From a virus, in IMG/VR virus record IMGVR_UViG_3300002091_000010, positions 1 to 39,242 of that record: a stretch of DNA of 39,242 nt; one strand, 5' to 3'. Every line of letters begins with the position of its first letter. Within the stretch, counting starts at the first letter, position 1. The position numbers and the translations under genes are program-made. The notes under the pieces were generated by a model. That model made no database searches. It was not told the origin of the DNA and saw only the letters and a program-made list of their open reading frames with translations. Shown piece by piece: positions 1-8,142 of the stretch.

Positions 1-77
1 TGACCCACAACAAGAAAATATGTTTGAAACTTTAACATCCCCTCCTTTAAATGGTTTAGATTCGCTTCTTTATGGAT
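1..77. repeat. Terminal direct repeat, copy 1 (identical to 39166-39242): assembly overlap / circular closure or terminal redundancy
   Basis: Read directly: both ends read tgacccacaacaagaaaatatgtttgaaactttaacatcccctcctttaaatggtttagattcgcttctttatggat. Unique sequence is therefore 39165 nt. Confidence 0.95.
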
Positions 78-97
78 TAGGATTTATAGGTAGATAA
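2..97 (+). CDS. 3' end (31 codons + TAA) of the junction-spanning gene that starts at 37823
   Basis: Frame of the 37823 ORF carried across the 77-nt overlap gives ...DPQQENMFETLTSPPLNGLDSLLYGLGFIGR*. TAA at 95-97 overlaps the next ATG (TAATG). Confidence 0.8.
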   Translation, partial: DPQQENMFETLTSPPLNGLDSLLYGLGFIGR

Positions 98-1857
98 TGG
101 CCATACAAATAGCTACAGCGATTTCTAAAGGTTTTAGCAATTCTCAGATATTGAAGCATATAGCAAAACAATATCCACAATATGCAAACCAAATTAACAA
201 TGCTTTAGCTGTAGGATATACAGCAAATTCAATCGTTAAGCATTTAGCTACTCCAAAAGAAGGTCCACAATTTAAAACAGCTTTCCAAAAATATTCTAAA
301 GGTCGAAGAGAGGGAATAGAGAATAGAGAAAAAGCAGCCTTGGCAGCGATTGGGACTGCCGGAGCTGTAGCAGCAGGTGGAATGGCGTTAATGGGCGGAA
401 CAAATGCTGCTAGAGCTGTACGCCCATCACAAATTCTTGCAGCGCCAGGAAGACAAGCAGCTGGAAATATTGCACCGGGACAACAACCGCCTATTCGAAC
501 ATACAACAGACCGCAGCCACAGCAAAAACAATTGCCACAAACTCCGCCTCCAATAGTAACTCCATATTCGCCAAAACCACCTCAAGGACAACTTCCTCCT
601 CCTCCTCAAGGGCAATTGCCAGCTCCTCCGCCAGGAAAAGGACCGCGTGGACGCCAACCTTCCGGCCCACTAGAGCCTATTGCAACACCTTATGAAGTTG
701 ATCCTCAGCAAAGCTTTAAGCTTGTTAAAAGCTTAGGTGTTGATAAGCAAATAGATCAAGCCATCTCCAGCGGACTTCAAACTCACGTTGTAGCTCAAGT
801 ATTACGCGAAACACTTCCACGTAATAAGACCGCAGTGCTAGAAAAGGCTCCTGGAGGTATTGAAAAGGCTTTAGAAGACTACTCACGTATAAGACAATCC
901 GAATTACAAGCTCAACCAAGAACTGAAGCATTGCAAAAGTTTAATCAAGTTAAAGGCAAGCAACCAACAATTCGTGAGCAAGAACTTGCACGTGTAGCTA
1001 ACTCTGGATTTACTCCTCAACCAGAAGTTGATCAGCCTCAAGTTTCTCCTGAACAAGAAGCCTACGAAGAGCAGATGGCTCCTCCTGGCATGGCATCTCC
1101 TATGCCTCTTGGAAATGTCAATCAGCAGGTGCAACAAGCGGCTAAGGCAGTTAAACACCCATCAGCTGAAGGTAAGTCCCTAGAGAGCAGAAAAGAAAGC
1201 TTCTACGTCCCTAATTATGTTCATCCTGGCGAGTCTAAGGAAGAATTTAATGATAGAAAGATCCTCTATGATGCAATCAATAAGGGAGCTAAAGCCCTTA
1301 TGGAAGGAAAAAGCTTCAGAGACTTTCCGCTTAATCCTATTACAGGTTCAAAAGGATATTCAACGGCAGCCGATGTTCTTAAGTTTATTGCCGGCATCCC
1401 TAACGTTTATGAAGAGCTGCTTGACGACAGTGAGAAAGACGAGATACAACAAGCCGTAGAGGGAGATAGAGACTATTACGGGGCTCATATGACGCCTAAC
1501 CTTATTTGGAATCTCATGCTCTCTGTAGAACCCCGCATCTCTTCTATGATTCCCAAGTCTATCAAGGGAGCCAAGGGTAAGCCGCCGGGCGGAAAGATGG
1601 GAACGACAGAAATGAGACGATTTTTAACCCATGGTGTGTATAATGTTCTTTCCGGCAAGAAGATTTCATCTGAATTAGCGGACAAAATAGGCAAAATCTC
1701 AAGAGCTACCGAAGGCTTAGACGTTATGATAAAAGCTTGTAAAGCTGGAAATGACAAAAAAATGATGGATGAAATGGAAAGACTTGCTACAGATGATGAA
1801 TACTTTATGCAAATTATGAAAGACGAAGCATTAGATATGTTAGGAGCAAGACCGTGA
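97..1857 (+). CDS. Internal virion / ejection protein candidate, 586 aa. Pro/Gln-rich low-complexity tract and an Ala/Gly-rich hydrophobic segment.
   Basis: Long ORF in the late arm between other low-complexity proteins and the fibres. Contains AALAAIGTAGAVAAGGMALMGG followed by the PPQGQLPPPPQGQLPAPPP tract. No enzymatic motif recognised. Confidence 0.6.
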   Translation: MAIQIATAISKGFSNSQILKHIAKQYPQYANQINNALAVGYTANSIVKHLATPKEGPQFKTAFQKYSKGRREGIENREKAALAAIGTAGAVAAGGMALMGGTNAARAVRPSQILAAPGRQAAGNIAPGQQPPIRTYNRPQPQQKQLPQTPPPIVTPYSPKPPQGQLPPPPQGQLPAPPPGKGPRGRQPSGPLEPIATPYEVDPQQSFKLVKSLGVDKQIDQAISSGLQTHVVAQVLRETLPRNKTAVLEKAPGGIEKALEDYSRIRQSELQAQPRTEALQKFNQVKGKQPTIREQELARVANSGFTPQPEVDQPQVSPEQEAYEEQMAPPGMASPMPLGNVNQQVQQAAKAVKHPSAEGKSLESRKESFYVPNYVHPGESKEEFNDRKILYDAINKGAKALMEGKSFRDFPLNPITGSKGYSTAADVLKFIAGIPNVYEELLDDSEKDEIQQAVEGDRDYYGAHMTPNLIWNLMLSVEPRISSMIPKSIKGAKGKPPGGKMGTTEMRRFLTHGVYNVLSGKKISSELADKIGKISRATEGLDVMIKACKAGNDKKMMDEMERLATDDEYFMQIMKDEALDMLGARP

Positions 1858-1991
1858 AAACAGAAGAAGCAATGCGACAACTCATTCGGGAGAAATTTTC
1901 TTCTCTTACAAAAGAAGAGCTAGAAAAAATACTCCGAATGATAGAAAAAGTTGAAGCAAAGCATAAAACTAAGGCTTCCAAGCGTTCTTAG
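1854..1991 (+). CDS. Possible small ORF (45 aa, GTG start overlapping the upstream TGA; alternative ATG at 1872)
   Basis: Hand translation: (M)KTEEAMRQLIREKFSSLTKEELEKILRMIEKVEAKHKTKASKRS*. Overlaps the 3' end of the convergent 1969-2151 gene. Not in the ORF track (<60 aa). Confidence 0.25.
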   Translation: MKTEEAMRQLIREKFSSLTKEELEKILRMIEKVEAKHKTKASKRS

Positions 1992-2151
1992 CGTTTAATG
2001 CTGCTAGTTGTTCTCTAAGTTGGCGAATCTCTTCGTCTTTCAAACCATCCCCAATTCTTTGGATTGCTTGTCTTTCTCCAACCTTGGTTCCTGCATAAAA
2101 TAGGCCGCTTAATACTGCAACCTCAATAACTGTTTCAAAAAAGCTATTCAT
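1969..2151 (-). CDS. Small membrane protein, 60 aa (N-terminal TM helix, charged helical tail)
   Basis: ORF track. VIEVAVLSGLFYAGTKV hydrophobic stretch, then EEIRQLREQLAALNAK. Start overlaps the stop of the upstream RHH ORF (ATGA). Confidence 0.5.
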   Translation of the reverse strand: MNSFFETVIEVAVLSGLFYAGTKVGERQAIQRIGDGLKDEEIRQLREQLAALNAKNAWKP

Positions 2152-2303
2152 TTCCTCTCCTCGTGTATCTCGACAAAGCGTCTTAAAAGTTCCGTGATCT
2201 GTTTAGGAACTGACATGTGTTTTTTAACGCAGATTAACTTGGCTCTTACATAAAGAGCGTCTGGTAATCTTACTTTAACGAGCACGTGTTTGTTTTGTTC
2301 CAT
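2148..2303 (-). CDS. Ribbon-helix-helix (CopG/Arc-like) DNA-binding protein, 51 aa
   Basis: Hand translation of the minus strand: MEQNKHVLVKVRLPDALYVRAKLICVKKHMSVPKQITELLRRFVEIHEERK*. Beta-strand plus two-helix pattern as in CopG/Arc. Below the ORF-track cutoff. Confidence 0.55.
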   Translation of the reverse strand: MEQNKHVLVKVRLPDALYVRAKLICVKKHMSVPKQITELLRRFVEIHEERK

Positions 2304-2318
2304 GGCATTATTGTACCA
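2304..2318 (-). promoter_or_regulatory. Candidate extended -10 promoter (TGgTACAAT) placing the transcription start on the ATG of the RHH gene (leaderless mRNA)
   Basis: Minus strand reads tgTGgTACAATaatgccATG: TACAAT at 2315-2310 and six nt before the ATG at 2303. No Shine-Dalgarno sequence is present. Confidence 0.3.
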
Positions 2319-2410
2319 CAGGTACCATAAATCTGCACGCTGAATGAATTTTTACTATCAACTTAAACTTTTAATTTGTACATTAAGGTCAACTTAACCG
2401 GAGTAATCCA

Positions 2411-3247
2411 ATGTCTGCTTTATCCTTTTCTCAAGGCAATATGAGCTATGTCCAGTCTAATGGATCAGCTCCAAATAGTGTAACTTTTCCATTTGTTGCA
2501 GCAAGAGCTCCTGCTTCAACCGATATCAGATACGAAGTTGGGAAAATGTGGATTAACACAGTTGCACAAAACGTTTATGTTCTAAGCGCGCTTTCATCAT
2601 TTAATGGCGTAACAAGCGCAAGCTGGACATTACTCGGTGCAGCAGCTGGTAACTTAAATACGTTGACAACAGATGACCTTACCGTCGTGACGCCATCGGC
2701 TGGCAACATTAACCTCGCAGGAACAGGAAGCATCGCAACTTCTGGGTCTGGGGCTACAGCAACAATTGGGCTTACAGGTCTTACTAACCATGCCGTACTT
2801 GTTGGTGCAGGAACAGCAACAATTACCAAGCTAGCAGTTGGTTCAACAGGACAAGCTCTTATGGGCGCAACTGGCGCTGATCCAGCATGGTCCGGCTCTC
2901 CTTCCTTCTCAGGCTCAGTAACAGCCGCAACAACACTTACTGCAACACTTGGCGCAATTACTGCAACAAACGGTAACCTTTCATTGGCAACAGCAGGAAA
3001 CAAGATCATTATAGCAACAGGCGCTAACGCATCTGTTGGCACTTCAGCCGCAATGTCCGGAACTCCTGGCGCTGTAACAGTTGCAACAACTGCAAGCTCT
3101 GCAACAGCTAAGATTTTCTACAGCCGTGCAACTACTGGCGGAACACCTGGCAACGTTTCAATTACAGCGCAAGACGGCACAGGGTTTACTCTTACATCTA
3201 CAGGTAACGAAACATCAACTTTTAACTGGTGGATTATCAATGCTTAG
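2411..3247 (+). CDS. Tail fibre-like protein, 278 aa (Ala/Gly/Thr/Ser-rich). N-terminal domain is shared with the 615-aa fibre.
   Basis: GGAG RBS 8 nt upstream. N-terminus ARAPASTDIRYEVGKMWINT...SSFNGVTSASWTLLG aligns with 8143 ORF residues TRAPTSYDTNYPIQKRWFNK...TSFNGVLQATWVEFMG. Carries the fibre motif PSAGNINLAGTGSIATSGSGATATIGL. Confidence 0.7.
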   Translation: MSALSFSQGNMSYVQSNGSAPNSVTFPFVAARAPASTDIRYEVGKMWINTVAQNVYVLSALSSFNGVTSASWTLLGAAAGNLNTLTTDDLTVVTPSAGNINLAGTGSIATSGSGATATIGLTGLTNHAVLVGAGTATITKLAVGSTGQALMGATGADPAWSGSPSFSGSVTAATTLTATLGAITATNGNLSLATAGNKIIIATGANASVGTSAAMSGTPGAVTVATTASSATAKIFYSRATTGGTPGNVSITAQDGTGFTLTSTGNETSTFNWWIINA

Positions 3248-3482
3248 TAACTTATCAAGACTTGAACATAAAATCGGCGATAAAATTTATCATTTTCTCT
3301 GCGATTCAGACTCACCTTTAGAACATGTAAGAGAAGCGCTAATCGCTTACCTCGATTACGTTAATAAAGTAGAAGAGTCGCACAAAGCAATTCTTGAACA
3401 AGCGAGACTTGCTAAAGAAAAAGAAGAAGCCGACAAAGCTGCGGCTTTACCTGTAGAAGTACCCCCATCACCGGAGGCTTAA
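3240..3482 (+). CDS. Hypothetical protein, 80 aa (possible fibre accessory/chaperone)
   Basis: First ATG of the 3081-3482 frame that does not lie inside the upstream fibre gene (8-nt overlap). Helical, charged C-terminus. Confidence 0.45.
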   Translation: MLSNLSRLEHKIGDKIYHFLCDSDSPLEHVREALIAYLDYVNKVEESHKAILEQARLAKEKEEADKAAALPVEVPPSPEA

Positions 3483-3827
3483 ATGTCAGTTTCAAACGTT
3501 GCTTATCCTGAAGTGCTACAGTCTGTAGCTTTTGGAAGCATTACAAGTTCTTACACGGCTATTGGATCGGCAGGATGTGCTAACCAAATTAGAATGTTTC
3601 GTTTGGTTAATGCTACCGATGGAGATGTATTTGTATCTCTTGACGGGGTAAACAATCACTTCTTTTTGCCAGCAAGTTCATTTGTTCTATATGATCTTTG
3701 CACAAATAGAGAACATGCCGCTAGTGTGTTTGTTCTTCCGATGGGTACAAGATTTTACATAAAGTATTCTACTGCTCCATCACAAAAATCGTTCTACGTA
3801 GAAATAATTTACGCTAAAGGTCAGTAA
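3483..3827 (+). CDS. Hypothetical beta-rich virion-associated protein, 114 aa
   Basis: GGAGG RBS. Tightly packed (TAAATG and TAATG junctions) inside the fibre locus. Confidence 0.55.
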   Translation: MSVSNVAYPEVLQSVAFGSITSSYTAIGSAGCANQIRMFRLVNATDGDVFVSLDGVNNHFFLPASSFVLYDLCTNREHAASVFVLPMGTRFYIKYSTAPSQKSFYVEIIYAKGQ

Positions 3828-4723
3828 TGCAAAATGAAAGTTTCGGTAAAGTAGAGAAAGATGCAAGTGAAAGACTTGATCATTTAGAGCAAACGCTACC
3901 TCATCTTGCGAGACTAAATGAGCAGTTATATTTATCTGATTCAGTAAGCAAGCTTAGCAAAGATCTTGAGAAGCTAGCTTTTAGCGAAATAGAGATTAAA
4001 AACAAGTTAGACGAGCTAAAAGATTCGGTTGATTCAGTTGGCAAAAACCATGTCTTTGACCAAGCTTATTTAGCTAATCTCATTGCAGAAGTTAGATCTA
4101 AAGCTGAGCTTAATTCAGCTCAATTGAACCAGATAAACTCTAGCTTAAAGAGCGATATTAGTAGTTTAAACGATCATAAAGATGGATTATACCTCAAAAT
4201 TCAAGAGGTAATAGATTTAATCGACTCTCATCCTAAAGTTGCAAAAGCAAATCTTGCTGTGTCAGCTGTGTCTTTAGATTTAGAAAATACTAAAGCAGAT
4301 GTGGCCTTGTTAGATAAAAAAAGTGATTCTTTATCAGCTTCTTTAACAGCTTATGCCAGCTCAATGTCTGCCATCTATAAAGATAGAGATGCAGACAAAA
4401 CAGAGATAGCAAGCCTAAGACTTCTCGTTGACCATTTGAGATCGGATCTAGATAAATTCAAAAAAGACTCAAGATTTTTGATTTTAGATTCATTAGAACA
4501 ACACAAAGAAGAAGTAAGTAAAAAGTTTGCAAGCCTTCCAGTGCCCGAAAAGGTGCCATTAGACGAAGTAAAAGACGAATTTGATAGAAAACTACAGCCA
4601 GTCTCTTTTGACGCTAAGAATGCCAACCTCCGTTCGTCTAACAACGAAACCAAGATTCTGCTTCTAGAAAAGAAAGTAGAACAACTTTTTCTTTTCAAGA
4701 GCCAATCCGATCTAAATAAGTGA
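3827..4723 (+). CDS. Coiled-coil protein, 298 aa (fibritin/whisker-like or fibre-assembly factor)
   Basis: Heptad-like Leu/Lys/Asp/Ser-rich sequence throughout. Located inside the fibre locus. Confidence 0.55.
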   Translation: MQNESFGKVEKDASERLDHLEQTLPHLARLNEQLYLSDSVSKLSKDLEKLAFSEIEIKNKLDELKDSVDSVGKNHVFDQAYLANLIAEVRSKAELNSAQLNQINSSLKSDISSLNDHKDGLYLKIQEVIDLIDSHPKVAKANLAVSAVSLDLENTKADVALLDKKSDSLSASLTAYASSMSAIYKDRDADKTEIASLRLLVDHLRSDLDKFKKDSRFLILDSLEQHKEEVSKKFASLPVPEKVPLDEVKDEFDRKLQPVSFDAKNANLRSSNNETKILLLEKKVEQLFLFKSQSDLNK

Positions 4724-4729
4724 GGCTAA

Positions 4730-5968
4730 GTGAGCCAAGGCGGAATTTTAACGATATCAGATGCGATATTACCTCCTGACGTACCCACATCATTTGTTGG
4801 AAATACCGGAAGCGGCTCACCTGTAGGAAATGTTTTTGATATTGTTGGCACAGGAACCATATCCACTTCAGTGGTAGGTAACGTGCTTACGATTTCATCG
4901 AGTGGAGGCGGATCTGTAACAAGTGTATCAGGTACACTTGATAGGATCACATCTACTGGCGGAACAACACCTGTAATCGATATAGCTGCTACTTATGTAG
5001 GTCAAACAAGTATTACTACGCTTGGGACTATAGCCACAGGTGTTTGGAATGGGACCGCTGTAGATGCTACGCATGGAGGAACCAATCAAACTACCTATGC
5101 AGCTGGAGACATTCTTTATGCTAGTGCAATAAATACACTTGCTAAGTTGCCAGTTTCTACAGATGGTAAAGTGCTTACGCTTGTATCGGGCTTACCTTCT
5201 TGGCAAACATCAACAGGTGGTGTTACAAGTATCACAGGAACAGCAAATCAGATAGCAGCGTCAAGTCCAACGGGAGCCGTAACATTATCTTTGGTTGGGC
5301 CATATACCCCGACAACGTACACATCGCATGGTGTGTTAATAGGAGCTGCAACTTCTTCTATTGTTGCTACGACAGCCGGCACAGCGGGCTATCTTTTAAA
5401 ATCAGGAGGAGCCAGCGCTGACCCTTCTTTTGCAGCTGCTTCAGCGGTCGGAGCAAGTTTATTTTTACTATCTACTCAAACCGCATCAGCATCAGCTACC
5501 ATAGATTTTACAAATATTCAAGTAGCAACTCCTTTTAGAAAATATCTGTTAATATGGAGAGGTGTATCTCCTACAACGGATGCAGATGTGTTATGGATGC
5601 AATGCTCATCTAATAATGGCGCTTCCTGGATTACGACAACCTACCAAGCCGGATGTAATATTACTCCTTACAATTCATCAGTAACCACAAACACAAGTTC
5701 GACCGCTAATTTTTTGCTATCTACAACTTTAGATTCTGCTTCAGCGGTAAATATGTGTAATGGCTCGTTAATGTTTTTTACACCGGGAGCAAATTATAGC
5801 TACATGAATGGCTCATTTTCTAGTTTTGACAATGCTTTAGGCTCTACTGTGTTTGGAACAATCGGCGGAAGAATTGGGTCAACTGGAATAAATGCTTTAA
5901 GAATGATTATGAGCACGGGCACTATCGCCTTAGGATCATTTACTTTATACGGAATATCAGAAAGCTAA
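4730..5968 (+). CDS. Tail fibre protein, 412 aa (GTG start)
   Basis: GAGG RBS before the GTG. Motifs PVGNVFDIVGTGTISTS and HGGTNQTTYAAGDILYASAINTLAKLPVSTDGKVLT...PSWQ are typical of phage fibre shafts. Confidence 0.7.
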   Translation: MSQGGILTISDAILPPDVPTSFVGNTGSGSPVGNVFDIVGTGTISTSVVGNVLTISSSGGGSVTSVSGTLDRITSTGGTTPVIDIAATYVGQTSITTLGTIATGVWNGTAVDATHGGTNQTTYAAGDILYASAINTLAKLPVSTDGKVLTLVSGLPSWQTSTGGVTSITGTANQIAASSPTGAVTLSLVGPYTPTTYTSHGVLIGAATSSIVATTAGTAGYLLKSGGASADPSFAAASAVGASLFLLSTQTASASATIDFTNIQVATPFRKYLLIWRGVSPTTDADVLWMQCSSNNGASWITTTYQAGCNITPYNSSVTTNTSSTANFLLSTTLDSASAVNMCNGSLMFFTPGANYSYMNGSFSSFDNALGSTVFGTIGGRIGSTGINALRMIMSTGTIALGSFTLYGISES

Positions 5969-5975
5969 GGGTAAT

Positions 5976-7070
5976 ATGACAGTAACTTCAATGATGGGTG
6001 TTTCAACTGTAACTGGAACAGAAACACAAAGCAAAATTGCTAGTGGCGCTTCCGGAACAATATTGCAATCTACCGGCACTACAACTCTTTGTAATTTTAC
6101 AACAGCAGCTTTCCCCGTGACAGCAGGAACTGCAAATAATGTCTTGACTAGTGATGGAGCCAATTGGGTAAGTTTAGCTCCAGCTGCTACAAGTGTTATC
6201 GTTACAACTACTTTTAGCTCTTCAGGAACTTGGACAAAAAATAGTGCTGCAACACAAGTTCTACTTTTAATGTGGAATGGTGGGGGAGGAGGAGGATCAG
6301 GCAGAAGAGCGACATCGACTACATCAGGTGGAGGTGGTGGTGGTAGTAATGGTTTTGGACTATATTGGTTTGGACCATCTGCTTTTTTTAATACTTCTGA
6401 AACAGTAACGATTGGAAATGGTGGTAATGGTGGTACAGCTATTGCCGTAGATAATACAAACGGTAACCCGGGTCAGAACGGAGGCACAACAAGTATTGGA
6501 AATATAACTTGTCCGGTTCCCGCTACATCTTTTGGGGCTGGAGGAACTACCACAACTTCTACTGCTGGGTCTAATAATTTATGGCGTGTAGTTACTTTAA
6601 ATGCGCCTGTTGCTGCTCAAGGGGCAGGAGTTGCCGGAGGCGCTGGTGGTAATACGACAGGAACTAACGCAGCTATTTCGGGAGCGACAACAAATATTCT
6701 ATATATTCCTTCCGGCGGTGGTGGAGGATCGGGAGCCGATTCGGTTACTGCAAGACAAGCTGGTACGGGTGGAAATTTACAAAAAATTGATGCCACAACA
6801 TTAATTTTAGGTGGTACTGGTGGCATAAGATCAGGAACTATTGCAGGAGGACCAGGGAATATCGGAATTGTTACAGGCGGTGTTTTTTCAGGAGGCACAG
6901 GAGGCGGTGGCGGTGGAGGTTCTACTACGGGGACTAACGGAGGAACTGGGGGCGTTGGCGGTGTTCCAGGTGGGGGAGGCGGCGGCGGTGGAGGTTGTAT
7001 AAATGGCGATACTTCAGGGGCAGGCGGCGCCGGGGGTAAAGGGCAAATTATTATCATAGAGTATTCATGA
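5976..7070 (+). CDS. Fibre-like protein with a C-terminal glycine-rich domain, 364 aa
   Basis: N-terminal fibre-like segment (GTILQSTGTTT...NNVLTSDGANWVSL), then TFSSSGTWTKN..LLLMWNGGGGGGSGRR ... GGVPGGGGGGGGG...GKGQIIIIEYS. Matches the phage glycine-rich tail-fibre domain pattern. Confidence 0.7.
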   Translation: MTVTSMMGVSTVTGTETQSKIASGASGTILQSTGTTTLCNFTTAAFPVTAGTANNVLTSDGANWVSLAPAATSVIVTTTFSSSGTWTKNSAATQVLLLMWNGGGGGGSGRRATSTTSGGGGGGSNGFGLYWFGPSAFFNTSETVTIGNGGNGGTAIAVDNTNGNPGQNGGTTSIGNITCPVPATSFGAGGTTTTSTAGSNNLWRVVTLNAPVAAQGAGVAGGAGGNTTGTNAAISGATTNILYIPSGGGGGSGADSVTARQAGTGGNLQKIDATTLILGGTGGIRSGTIAGGPGNIGIVTGGVFSGGTGGGGGGGSTTGTNGGTGGVGGVPGGGGGGGGGCINGDTSGAGGAGGKGQIIIIEYS

Positions 7071-7936
7071 GTAGTATAATTACAACTTTTGATTCTTCTA
7101 CAACATGGACTAAAAACGCCAAAACCATTTACATGCTTATTTTAATTTGGGGAGGTGGTGGTGGAGGTGGGTCAGGCAGAAGAGCGACAACTGCCACATC
7201 AGGTGGAGGATCCGGCGGAGGTTGTGCAAATGGATTTTATTATTATTTTCCAGCCTCTGCATTTGGAAATACAGAAACTGTGACAATAGGACTTGGGGGG
7301 ACTGGAGCGACAGGTATAACAATAGATAACACTAATGGTTCTGTTGGAAATGCTGGAGGTGTTAGTTATTTTGGAAATATTTCCTGTAGTTCATCTATTA
7401 ATCGTGGAGGCGCAGGAATAAATGGAACTGTTGCAGGCGGTGCAGGTACAGTATTTGCCAGAACAATAGATTTACCAATTTCTACATCAGCAACTTCTAT
7501 AGCAGGAGGTTCAGGAAATTTAACAGATGGATCTACAGCAGCAAATCAAAATTTTTTAACAAGTTTATATCAATATGCTTCTTCTGGAGGTGGTGGCGCT
7601 GGAGCTGATTCAACAACAGCACGAACAGGAGGAAACGGTACTGCTATTACAAAACTCGATGGAACAGTTTTAATAGCGGGTGGTGTAGGCGGAGTTTCTA
7701 CAGGCACGATCAATGGTACTAATGGAAATATTGGTATTGTTTCAGATGGTTATTATACTGGAGGCACAGGAGGCGGTGGCGGTGGCGGAATGGTCGCAGG
7801 AACGTCTGGACTAGGCGGCGTAGGTGGAGTCCCTGGAGGTGGTGGCGGTGGTGGAGGCGGTTCTTTAAATGGAACTTTGTCCGGTGCTGGCGGAAATGGT
7901 GGTAAAGGAAGAGTTGTTGTAATAGAATATTTTTGA
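7067..7936 (+). CDS. Stand-alone glycine-rich domain protein, 289 aa (paralogue of 5976-7070 lacking the N-terminal shaft)
   Basis: ATGA-coupled to the upstream gene. TFDSSTTWTKN..ILIWGGGGGGGSGRR ... GGVPGGGGGGGGG...GKGRVVVIEYF. Exact 18-mer and 26-mer DNA matches with the upstream paralogue. Confidence 0.7.
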   Translation: MSSIITTFDSSTTWTKNAKTIYMLILIWGGGGGGGSGRRATTATSGGGSGGGCANGFYYYFPASAFGNTETVTIGLGGTGATGITIDNTNGSVGNAGGVSYFGNISCSSSINRGGAGINGTVAGGAGTVFARTIDLPISTSATSIAGGSGNLTDGSTAANQNFLTSLYQYASSGGGGAGADSTTARTGGNGTAITKLDGTVLIAGGVGGVSTGTINGTNGNIGIVSDGYYTGGTGGGGGGGMVAGTSGLGGVGGVPGGGGGGGGGSLNGTLSGAGGNGGKGRVVVIEYF

Positions 7937-7944
7937 GGTGAAAA

Positions 7945-8121
7945 ATGGTTGGATTTGCAATTGTAGAAAATGAAAGTAAACAAGTAGTCAATGTAATTGA
8001 TTGGGAAGGTGCCGAATGGTTGCCCCCTCGTAATCATTTAGTCATTAAATCAGATGAAGCGAGTATTGGTGATATTTATGATCCATTGACTAAAACATTT
8101 ACTAAACCAGAACAAATCTAG
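7945..8121 (+). CDS. Small conserved-looking phage protein, 58 aa
   Basis: Hand translation: MVGFAIVENESKQVVNVIDWEGAEWLPPRNHLVIKSDEASIGDIYDPLTKTFTKPEQI*. GAGGTG RBS 5 nt upstream. Below the ORF-track cutoff. The pattern (VVNVI.W.....W.PP......IG..YD) recalls small ORFs often found next to fibre genes. Confidence 0.55.
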   Translation: MVGFAIVENESKQVVNVIDWEGAEWLPPRNHLVIKSDEASIGDIYDPLTKTFTKPEQI

Positions 8122-8142
8122 GAGCGGTATACCCGAAAAAAC

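Noticed and set aside
1-77. Interpreting the 77-nt end repeat as a genuine T7-like direct terminal repeat
   Set aside because: The repeat falls in the middle of a coding sequence that reads through it in frame, and its length equals a common assembler k-mer. Assembly overlap of a circular or permuted genome is the simpler reading, though only read-terminus analysis can settle it.
144-1880. Several 68-131 aa minus-strand ORFs and one + strand ORF (1217-1459) inside the 586-aa gene
   Set aside because: All are nested within one long, well-signalled ORF. They lack start signals and have odd composition (Cys/Trp/Arg-rich).
2575-3042. 155-aa antisense ORF within the 278-aa fibre gene. Similar nested ORFs occur at 4375-4698, 4726-4950, 5957-6163, 8793-9029, 9201-9446, 34060-34445 and 34941-35346.
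   Set aside because: They are embedded antisense in Ala/Gly/Thr-rich structural genes whose GC-rich codons keep the opposite strand open. There are no independent signals.
3081-3239. 5' extensions of track ORFs (3081, 12991-13050, 13693-13782, 14431, 14591, 16157, 26784, 27629, 30585)
   Set aside because: The extensions lie inside the preceding gene or across a terminator. Each has a downstream ATG with a better RBS or a compact junction, so the shorter forms were reported.
6617-7057. 146-aa proline-rich ORF on the minus strand (and the similar 7753-8037 ORF)
   Set aside because: These are the reverse complement of the GGN-rich glycine-domain genes (CCN codons). They have no RBS and are fully embedded in well-supported + strand genes, so they are a compositional artefact.
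6280-7870. Repetitive GGT/GGA/GGC runs as a possible CRISPR array or non-coding tandem repeat
   Set aside because: There is no repeat-spacer periodicity. The runs are in frame and encode poly-Gly segments of two paralogous proteins.
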